Positions 1 to 8,209 of a stretch of 64,000 bases of DNA are shown here, in pieces. The DNA is taken from positions 744,001 to 808,000 of the forward strand of contig CDRNVI010000044.1 in assembly GCA_977017575.1 (NCBI GenBank), read 5' to 3'. Position 1 is the first letter of the stretch; every line of letters begins with the position of its first letter. Both the position numbers and the translations under genes were made by a program. Under the pieces are notes generated by a model. It made no database searches. It was not told the origin of the DNA and saw nothing but the letters and a program-made list of their open reading frames with translations. The DNA comes from Paramoeba atlantica. Taxonomy: Eukaryota > Protista > Discosea.

Positions 1-213
1 ATTTTGTCCAGAAGGCCAAAAAAGATTTCTGGGAAAGCCAAAAATATATTTGTTATCTTTTTCCCATAGCTACCCCAACGTAAAAAGGTGTATCAAAAGG
101 CAGCAGCACCAAGTTTAACGACGATAAAAACGGCGCCGTGAAGCATTGTAATAAATTACAATTAATTTGTATTGTATTGTATTTATAGAGTTCGGAGCCC
201 AATATAAGCAGGT

Positions 214-1045
214 TTGCGAACACATTATTCTCCAGAACCCGAATGGTGCACTCCCCAAGGGGAGGGCAAACTCCTCGGGGCGCACATCGGGGAGTCCGAC
301 GTCAAGGAGGAAGCGTGGGTTCTCTCAAAGGCCCCCAAAGTAATCTCCTTCCTTGAGAAGCTGAAGGATCTCAGCAAGCAATGTGCCTTGCTAAGGCTTT
401 GTGGGAGTCCTCGATGGAATTACATCGTGAGGACCCACGAGCCTCAAGTCACCAAAGTAGCCAATGCTCAGGTAGACAAGGCCGTCCTTGCATGTGCCGA
501 GGCTCTGCTCGGGGGGATAGGCTCCTTGGGAAATACGTCATTTTCAAACAACCTCTTTACGGAAGACTTTCTAGGGACCATCCCCTTCAAGCACAAAGCC
601 GTGGACATGCAGGCCAAGGCAAAGAGCGCCCTGCAAGGCCTACCCCCTGGCGTGCCGGCTAAGGAGCAGAGCCGCATCCTATGTGTGGAGGTCATGGGGA
701 AAGCACCCACTGCTACTCAGTTGGTCTGCATGAGGCAGATTCAAAACATCCACTCCACTAATTGGATGAATGCCTGGCCCAACCCCTTGGCACCGTCCTA
801 CGTCGGGAAGGAGGCCGCTGAGCCGTCCCATACCCTTAGGACGGCTGAAGCCAACAAACGTTCCACCCCCTAGCGTTCACAACCTATGAGATTCCGGGTC
901 CTGAGACCCTGGACTTTCTCCAGAAGGTGGCGAGGGCTCACACATCGGACAAAAACGGGTGCCTCTCGCATATGTTGATTGCTATTGGGGTGGTAATTCA
1001 GAGGGGCCGTACTAAGATCGGTACCGCCGCGGGGTACGGGGGTAG
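214..1045 (+). mobile_element. Degenerate CRE/SLACS/CZAR-clade non-LTR retrotransposon fragment (RT thumb region fused by deletion to the end of the REL endonuclease)
   Basis: ORF 214-873 carries GKLLGAHIG...LKDLSKQCALLRLCGSPRWNYIVRTHEP...VD (CRE-type post-RT motifs), then WMNAWP joined to PLAPSYVGKEAA...AEANKR. After a frameshift it continues FHPLAFTTYEIPGPETLDFLQKVA...IGVVIQRG (REL C-terminal motif). The CCHC knuckle and PD..D core are missing. Confidence 0.72.
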
Positions 1046-1328
1046 GGGTTGGGCTAGAATTTCGTGTAGAACAAAAAAAATATTATACCATATAGCGCCG
1101 CGAAATACTATAATATTGCAGTACTACATATTGTAGCAGGGGCTGAGTTGGCTTAGTATTCAAGCCACGTTTTCTAAAAGGCACGCGCTTTGGATAGCTC
1201 ATGAGGTCTCCTCAAGAGGCTCGTAATAACATTTTCCAGAATAGAAGTAGTGTCTCATAAGTCTTCGAAAAGCTCTACACAGGGGAAAAGCTATGCAGGT
1301 GTATACACGTGTACATGCATGTATGTGT

Positions 1329-1931
1329 TCAGTGCATACCGGACAACTGTGATTCTGCCATTCGTAGTTGTATCTTTAAAGAATCTATTCGCTTTTGGAG
1401 TTGGTTCCTGTCCTCATCATTCGACTCTTGTTTCCACGCCTTTGTTGCCGCCGTAATTCGCTTTGCCTCAGCCGCCTCTCTCTCTCTTTTAGCAAGGTAT
1501 TTACTGCGAATAATGTCCTTAAGCGCCTCGTTTTCTTCATTTCCTCGAACCTCATCAGGAAGTAATTGTAACGCAGTCTCCATTGGATTTTCAGGTAACG
1601 GGACGCGAGAGAACACAGAGTCCACTACGTGAGATATTTCAGCTACCAGCCGATCATCTTCCTCTGGCGATTCCATGTGTGAAATATATTGATGTGGGTA
1701 TTTTGAATCCAAGCCGTCGACGTTTTCTTGAAAAACCTTCTCAGCGTTATGCTCCCTGAGATCACGTAAGAGATCAAACTCGCTTAACGGTGTGCCCAAT
1801 ATTGTGCGAGACCCTGCGAGAGGATCCGTAGAGCATGTGCGTCTTTGACAGTATTTGTAGTTGACTCGCATACAAGTTCTTGCGCCAACAGAACGTAGAG
1901 AAATCACTCGCTGCAAAGCTGTAACAAACAT
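1329..1931 (-). CDS. Hypothetical protein (~200 aa from first ATG; C-terminal coiled coil)
   Basis: Long ORF on the cluster strand. The ORF track start at 1967 is TTG; first ATG is at 1931. No family recognised. Confidence 0.6.
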   Translation of the reverse strand: MFVTALQRVISLRSVGARTCMRVNYKYCQRRTCSTDPLAGSRTILGTPLSEFDLLRDLREHNAEKVFQENVDGLDSKYPHQYISHMESPEEDDRLVAEISHVVDSVFSRVPLPENPMETALQLLPDEVRGNEENEALKDIIRSKYLAKREREAAEAKRITAATKAWKQESNDEDRNQLQKRIDSLKIQLRMAESQLSGMH

Positions 1932-2255
1932 TGGGAAAATACCGAGTAAGAAAAAAACCGCGAGCAACTTAGATAAGCAGGTTGGAGTGCTTGAGCTGCG
2001 TGCATGGCATCCAATAGACTTCTATTTATCGACTATTTTTCCAATATGTGGAATAACTTTCGCTACATGTATAACAAATGCACAGCATGATTCGTCTTTT
2101 CTCGGCGACAGAACCAAAATACGAACTCTCAAATCTCTGATGAGTGGGCACCAAAACAGGTGCTCATATTCCCAAAAAATAGAATAAAACACAGCTTACT
2201 GTTGTGGGATGTAGCAAATAACTCTTCGTTCTGACATTCCAGCGAATGCCAAAAG

Positions 2256-4136
2256 CTAAGGAACTACACCTTCACTCCCTAGAAACACGTTCATTGCAAT
2301 GAGAAATGCTGAAGGTAGAGGGCCTGGTCCGGGAGTTGCCAATTTTAGCATTGGCACATCATTTGCACCTTCGGAGTCATCTTCTGATCTGCGTTCAACA
2401 GCAAGAAAAACACAGAATCCCAATAGGTTGGCATGAGGTACCTCCACCTCTCTTTGTGCGGCTGAGACTGCAAGTAGTTGACCGGGTCGTAGTTGCTTGT
2501 TTCCCTCGATACACAATTGCCCATCCTCTGACATTCGGCAAGGAGCCATACGATTTGTCTCCTCGTCAACCATTACCACGATCGTCTCAGATAAGGGAAT
2601 CGAGATCCCACAGGGAAGTAAGCTCATTCGGCCTCCAAAAAAATACTCATGCACACGATGTCGGCCCACATCCATGATTGGGTAACTCAATTCTCGCGGT
2701 GCGGGAATGCGGAGTATCGAAATCGACATGCCGGACTCCTTTAACGCGTCATCGAGTAACGGAAAATCCCCTTCCGCGGATGTGGAAACGCGCAACACAG
2801 TCGTAATCTCATACACCTCAGCCACCCCACACACCACATCAGGGTCTGTGCTGGAGCATAAGACAATGGTCCCCCCGAACGGCTTTGTTGCGGTAGGCCC
2901 CGTAAATGTCTCCTCGCGAACTAAAAAAGCTGGCACCAGGCACTGCGCGAGGGAAACACATGCTTGAGTGTAGCGCTCCCCCGTAGCAGCGTGTCCAGCG
3001 CCAAAAACAACCGCAAGGTACCCGTCCATTCCCTCCTCAACTGGGATAGGTTCCTCCACACACACTGCCGCGACCGTCCCGGGGACCGCCAACGCGGAAC
3101 CCCCGGAGTTTTCCAAATCCACTACTAAACTAGACATTCCACAGCGTGCAGTAAGATTCGCTACCAGACTCGCGAGTGCCACCGCAATTCCCACTTCTCC
3201 AGCACCATACGACAGTAACAACCGATAGGGCGCACCTTGTGACACCCGGTGGTTTACGATTCGTTGTACCGTCTCGGAGAACACCGAAACCACACCGTGC
3301 GAGGTACGAAACACTGTAATCTCTGACGCACTCGGACCGTCCAACCTCTCACCTTCTTCTTTTCCCTTCACCTCCCCTCCTCCCTTCTCCTCCTTCCCCA
3401 GCGCCTTCCGCATCTCCTCTAAATACCGCGCCTGTTTCTCCTTCCGTCGTCGCTGAAGCCTCTTCGCACTCTCGGACACCTCTCCCAAACCCACACCCTC
3501 ATCCTTTTCCCACTCTTCCCCTGTTCCTCCTCCCCCCTTCCCTCCCCCCACCGTACCTCCCCCCTCCTCCTTACCCCCACCACCACCACCACCCCCCTCT
3601 TCTCCCCCTTCCCCACCCCCCTCTCTCCCCCTATCCCCTCCCTTCACCCCCTCCCCCCACGGTTCACCCCCCACACGGGTCTCCCTAAACACCAGTTCGT
3701 TCTCCTGTCCCCCTACCCTCCCTACGGCCCCTACCCCCCCTACGGCCCCTACCCCTACCCCTACCCCCCCTACGGCCCCTACCCCCCCTCCCCCCTGCAC
3801 CCCCACCGTGGCCCCGCCCCCCGTGTGTATCCACCGTGTGGCGTACGGCGGCAGGCGGTACCGTACCCCGGGGACCAGCGGGTTCCCCAGGACCTCCGCG
3901 GACCCGTGGTGGAGCACAAGGCACACGGGGGAGGGGGTGGCTAGCGAGAGACGGGCCTCCTGGCCCGGGGGAAGGGAGAGGGTGAGGCCGAGGGGGGAGG
4001 GGGGGGAGGGGGAAACGGGGGGAGGGGAGGGGTTGTAGATGGAGCGTGGGGCGCGGGAGGTGGAGGGGGTGGAGGGGGGACGGGGGGGGTTCGCCAGGGA
4101 AGGTGGTGGTCGTGGTGGTGGGAAAGGAAAGGACAT
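2256..4136 (-). CDS. CLP1: Clp1-family protein with degenerate P-loop and a large Gly/Glu low-complexity insertion
   Basis: N-domain LSLPPGQEARL...GSAEVLGNPL...; central LVVDL...GSALAVPGTVAAVCVEEPIPVEEG; C-domain RVHEYFFG...LLAVS...NLLGFCVF...TPGPGPLPS. The Walker A position reads GAGEVGIA instead of GPxxxGKS/T. Confidence 0.8.
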   Translation of the reverse strand: MSFPFPPPRPPPSLANPPRPPSTPSTSRAPRSIYNPSPPPVSPSPPSPLGLTLSLPPGQEARLSLATPSPVCLVLHHGSAEVLGNPLVPGVRYRLPPYATRWIHTGGGATVGVQGGGGVGAVGGVGVGVGAVGGVGAVGRVGGQENELVFRETRVGGEPWGEGVKGGDRGREGGGEGGEEGGGGGGGGKEEGGGTVGGGKGGGGTGEEWEKDEGVGLGEVSESAKRLQRRRKEKQARYLEEMRKALGKEEKGGGEVKGKEEGERLDGPSASEITVFRTSHGVVSVFSETVQRIVNHRVSQGAPYRLLLSYGAGEVGIAVALASLVANLTARCGMSSLVVDLENSGGSALAVPGTVAAVCVEEPIPVEEGMDGYLAVVFGAGHAATGERYTQACVSLAQCLVPAFLVREETFTGPTATKPFGGTIVLCSSTDPDVVCGVAEVYEITTVLRVSTSAEGDFPLLDDALKESGMSISILRIPAPRELSYPIMDVGRHRVHEYFFGGRMSLLPCGISIPLSETIVVMVDEETNRMAPCRMSEDGQLCIEGNKQLRPGQLLAVSAAQREVEVPHANLLGFCVFLAVERRSEDDSEGANDVPMLKLATPGPGPLPSAFLIAMNVFLGSEGVVP

Positions 4137-4686
4137 GGAAAAGGGGGGGGGGTGTGGGTGGGATGTTGGGGTTGTGTAAAAAAAGAAAGGTAGGGGATGA
4201 TAGAGGATGGTGGAGAGGGGTAAGGAATAAACAAGGGGGAGTAAGGGAGTGGATAGATTTGGTATGTACGTTCAGAAGAAGAATATACATGTGTGTAGTT
4301 GTGAATGGCTTGTCAAAGTAAGTTAGGTAACATGCAGCTAGGATAAGCTGAGTAACTTTCTTTTGAACCGTGGAAAAATTGTTATTGAAGATTGTATAAG
4401 TCCTACGTAAAGATCATTTCATACATGTATGTCCGTCCACACATACAAGTAAGTTCCGCGGATGCGTACAAGAATGTATGATTTTTGAGAATCACATGTA
4501 AAACATATTGTCCTATGGTGATGTTTTTCTATGATAAAATTTATCATACGCATATTTATCAAATATGCGAAATAGTATATAATGTATTCCCTTGAAAGGC
4601 TCGTAGTAATTTGTATAGTTTACATGGGCCATACGTTAAGTAGACATAATCTCTCAGGGGTATAAAGTTCGAAAAAAGAACATCGC

Positions 4687-6720
4687 TTATCCGTACTGTT
4701 TGTACCCGGTTCTTGTTGTAGAATAAGAATGACTGCCGCTAAGAAAATTGTTTCTAATTTGGCTGTGAAACCCACGCTGAAAAGTGCGATTGGCATGCGG
4801 TTTCTTAGGTGCCGGTGTAGTTTCCTCACGTTTTTTTAATCCTTCATCCTGCTTTCGCTTCTTGTGCCCCATTGAACCGAGTAACCAGCTTGGAGTAGAC
4901 GGAATAACCGGGATGGCTGTAACGCCATCCAGCAAAGAAGAGATACTATTAATACAGGCACAGGCTTGGCCCTCCTCATCGGCCTTTGACTTGCTTTCCA
5001 TATTTTTCCGTTTTGACGCATAGGCAGCACGTCGAAGTAATTCGGAATGTTTTCCAAAGTCGTTTTTATATTTGGTAAGGCACTCCATGGCATTCGTCGG
5101 AGTAACCGCATCTGCCAAAGTTTGTAGCGCTTGTTTCCATATGTCGGGATTGTGGCGCGCAATACTGCAAGCGACTCCAACAGCACACTCAAGAATTGTA
5201 AAATTTCGTGGCAGATCGTAAGAACCGTTTGTTTGAGATAGAGTATTTCCGGATTTGAAATTAAGAACTGACTGAAACACAACTTGACAAATTTCATTGC
5301 CCGAAAATGATAAATTTTCTATTTCCACGGAAATCATAACCAGGTAAAGTGCTTTCCAGAGAGCTATTGTCCTGTTGAAATTTTGCGGATGCGTAACGTC
5401 TCGTAATAAAGTACGAATCATCCCTTCTGCATGCCTTGCGTCTATCTTTTTCCACAGTTCCTGATTACAAACGCTGACTTCCAATATAATCCACGGTGCG
5501 ATATTTTCGATTACCCGACCTTCAACTTTAATTTCTTCATTAGTTGAGCTTTCTTGCGCTTCCACTCCGGATTCTTCAATTAAACCTTTCAAGCACCCAT
5601 GCAACATACCGAGTTCTGTTTCTTTATCGAAACACGGCAACCTTCGAAGAATTTTCCATAACCCACGAATTTCGGAAGATGTTCGGGCGTACGCCGACGC
5701 ATGGGTAAGTACAAGATTTACTAGTTCATGGAGCGATGCTGTCTTCGATGTCCACGCTCGAAAGAAACTAGACGCGAGCAGTTCTTCAAAACATTGTATC
5801 GCAAACTGCTTCTCTCTGTCTCTGATCTCTTTATTTGATTCTTCCGGCCGCGCAGTGGGATCCGTTTTCATCCAGTGCAAGACTTTTCGTACTACCGGCG
5901 ACCAATTCAAGTTGACCATTTCGTGAAGTGCACCCATCGCAGCCTCGTAGTACAAGCTAAATACATTAGGATCACATGGCTCCTCCATGGTGGTTGTTAG
6001 TACATTCTCACCAGAGTGAGTCATACGGCTCGCTGCCAGGCGACCATCGTTCGCAAACATTGCTGTCTGCAAAATAATATCAGAGAACTCACGTATCATA
6101 TGACTTTGTTTGGCTTCATTGGGTGCCTTTCGACATAAGCACGGTAACACACGCAATGAAGCTTCGTGGAGCGCAATGGTTCTGTGCGTACCTTCTGAGG
6201 TTAGTGGGAGTACCAGCACGTGGAATATAGTCTGTAGAAGGGGTTGTATTAAATTCGGGCAATGCTGTGGTACGTGTGTCGCCAGACATTCCAGGAGTCG
6301 CACTCGGAAATGAATAGGCACATAATTATCTAGAATAGTCTTCAAAAATGTTTGACCGACTTGATTGTCCAAAACCCGCTTTTCTAGAGATATTTCGTGA
6401 TATAGATCTACCTCAGCGATGTAATCTTTCGTATTTTCTATCGAATCACTGGCTTCGATTCGCACTAGTTTCGAATCATTGGCTTCGGGTTCTCCAGTCG
6501 TCGTAAGAGATACTGCATTGGCGGTCGTTGCAGATAAACTTGCTTGATTAACAACATGATTATCAGCTCCTCCCACCGAACGTCCTGATAAAGGGATTTT
6601 GTTGTCGGATTCCGATGTCATTGCCGTTGATTTGTCATTTATCTTGTTCGAATCATCTACTGGAGTTACCTTGTCATTGGCCTTAACAGGTCTGGCCTTC
6701 GAAGAACCTTTGGGCGGCAT
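4687..6720 (-). CDS. Helical-repeat protein, tentatively API5 (apoptosis inhibitor 5)-like
   Basis: 677 aa from ATG 6720. Segments EVDLYHEI, KTILD, SLRVLPCLC and REFSDIILQ parallel API5 N-terminal motifs as I recall them. Lys-rich C-terminus. Family call is by eye only. Confidence 0.55.
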   Translation of the reverse strand: MPPKGSSKARPVKANDKVTPVDDSNKINDKSTAMTSESDNKIPLSGRSVGGADNHVVNQASLSATTANAVSLTTTGEPEANDSKLVRIEASDSIENTKDYIAEVDLYHEISLEKRVLDNQVGQTFLKTILDNYVPIHFRVRLLECLATHVPQHCPNLIQPLLQTIFHVLVLPLTSEGTHRTIALHEASLRVLPCLCRKAPNEAKQSHMIREFSDIILQTAMFANDGRLAASRMTHSGENVLTTTMEEPCDPNVFSLYYEAAMGALHEMVNLNWSPVVRKVLHWMKTDPTARPEESNKEIRDREKQFAIQCFEELLASSFFRAWTSKTASLHELVNLVLTHASAYARTSSEIRGLWKILRRLPCFDKETELGMLHGCLKGLIEESGVEAQESSTNEEIKVEGRVIENIAPWIILEVSVCNQELWKKIDARHAEGMIRTLLRDVTHPQNFNRTIALWKALYLVMISVEIENLSFSGNEICQVVFQSVLNFKSGNTLSQTNGSYDLPRNFTILECAVGVACSIARHNPDIWKQALQTLADAVTPTNAMECLTKYKNDFGKHSELLRRAAYASKRKNMESKSKADEEGQACACINSISSLLDGVTAIPVIPSTPSWLLGSMGHKKRKQDEGLKKREETTPAPKKPHANRTFQRGFHSQIRNNFLSGSHSYSTTRTGYKQYG

Positions 6721-7003
6721 GCAGTACAAATAAGTACAGAAAAGAGGATTTTTTTTAAAAGGGGAAAAGAGAAAGAACTTAACTAACTGATAAATTGATA
6801 GAACAACACACAATCTTAAAGATTGTGTATATCAATCTTTCTTGTGCATCAACATGGCATGCTTCTTTCATTTACTAGGCGAACAAGTGGTACTAGGGAT
6901 ACAACATTTCTCGAACGCTCCAAAACTGAGTATAAATGAGGTGTAACTGTATAAATGAGATCTGAGTATAAACAAAACTGAGTAAAATAACAAAATCGAC
7001 ATC

Positions 7004-7033
7004 AAAGATACAGTTTCTGTACCTTGTTGGTAC
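7004..7033 (+). ncRNA. 5'-truncated spliced-leader exon (last 26 nt) plus GT donor
   Basis: AAAGATACAGTTTCTGTACCTTGTTG|GTAC matches the conserved kinetoplastid SL core CAGTTTCTGTAC-TTTATTG|GTA with two substitutions. There is no AACTAA-type 5' end upstream. Confidence 0.75.
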
Positions 7034-7319
7034 ATTTTCCTTTAGTTCATCTTTTCTTTCCCCGGCAACGAGCACAGTTTTACTGTTTATATGCCCGTTG
7101 CCGGCCGGCACTAAGGCCGAAACTGTCCCTCTTTCTCGGCGAAGTAGGGGACGCGCTTCCACCCCATCACCCCTCCCCGGCTCACTCTTTGAGTGGGTTT
7201 TCTTCCCTCCCCGGCTTTCTTCCCTTCGCGCCCTTTCCTTCCCGGGGAGCCATGCGCCATGGTGGCCTCCCTTGAGCACCACTGGGCGTGGCTCTGCCTC
7301 GTCTTATCGCGAGGCAGCG

Positions 7320-7462
7320 GTCGGTTGCAGTGCGCCCCTCCGGCTGCGTAAAGAGGTGGTGAGTTGCCTGGACCACCTCTACCGACTGGGGCTGAGTCGG
7401 TTGCAGTGCGACTCTCCGGCTGCGTAAAGAAAGGGCGAGTTGCCTGGACCCCCTCTACCGAC
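7320..7462 (+). repeat. Tandem duplication (period 76) of a 67-nt three-way-junction module inside the SL-headed element
   Basis: GTCGGTTGCAGTGCG...TACCGAC starts at 7320 and again at 7396. The 47.4 kb copy has a single module. Confidence 0.9.
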
Positions 7463-8209
7463 AGAGTCCGTGCTAATCCCCTTGGTGCGACATCCGTCAT
7501 TACGGATTGTGCCGATGATATCGGCTGTCGCATCAAGGGCTGTATCTCTGCGCCACCGAGCGCATGAACATCAAAACTCTTAGGAGGGCGGGACAGACTT
7601 CTGAGGAGGAGTGTACGTTACGTTATTGGAGGAGTAGGCTCACTAAATTCAAGCCTAAATTCAAAGACTAGAGAAAATATTATGCACCTCCCACTAATAG
7701 TGCAGCGAGTTTTCGCTAAACGGCACTACATTATATAAGTAATCATATTTGTATAAAAATATTTTTAATCGAAATGTTTTAAATTTTTAAAAAAGAACAG
7801 TAAATGGTAAAACGTAGATTCTGTGACATAAACATGCTGATGGACACTCGCAGCATCTTGCACTCACACATTAGATATTAAGTTTGAATACTTAGTAATT
7901 ATTCAATGCACAAAAAAAGACTACATTGAATGAATATACAAACTCTATTTCCTAGAAACAAGAAATATGTTTCGTCTTACTATGCACAAGACCAAAAACT
8001 GTACCCAAAGTTTACTAAAAGCGTGACTACGAAGGCAGTAATAATTGTCAAGCTCATGGTACTGTTCCATATCTATTTAAAAGAAATAAATGAGATTCGG
8101 GGCGCCTGACGGTTTCAAGAATTTTCGTTTCCATAGCATAAGAAAAGTGACGCGGCAGTGACATTGTGCTTTCACAGCACTGGAACGATCATTGAGCTAA
8201 ATGAAGCAC

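Larger units (their letters stand above)
7004..7577 (+). mobile_element. SL-headed structured dispersed element, subfamily A, copy 1 (574 bp)
   Basis: Near-identical inverted copy at 47363-47859 with unrelated flanks. Starts with AAAGATACAGTTTCTGTACCTTGTTG|GTAC and contains many hairpins. Confidence 0.75.

Noticed and set aside
3685-4321. Pro/Gly-rich alternative-frame and antisense ORFs in the skew islands (also 19171-19673 and 24147-25015)
   Set aside because: By-products of stop-codon depletion in C/G-run DNA overlapping genuine CLP1, RANBP1 and PEX7 CDSs.
7004-7120. Intact SL RNA gene
   Set aside because: No shared 5' exon sequence upstream in the two copies, no recognisable Sm site or SL-type intron stems, and no tandem array here. 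It remains possible only as a permuted monomer (see findings).
7320-7462. Known self-cleaving ribozyme (hammerhead, HDV/Pr77, twister, pistol) in the SL-headed element
   Set aside because: No CUGANGA/GAAA core and no HDV nested double pseudoknot. The twister-like GTAAA..GAGGG segment lacks the UAA..GC and UCCCAAGC partners on either strand. Kept only as an unclassified structure.
6893-7567. ORFs called within the SL-headed element (e.g. MVLKGGHHG..., MMRQPISS...)
   Set aside because: Short overlapping ORFs in several frames of GC-rich structured DNA. They diverge between copies at indels and show no protein motifs.
6999-7575. ACATCAAA as an 8-bp target-site duplication
   Set aside because: The 3' copy is also present in the 47.4 kb element, so it belongs to the element rather than to the target.
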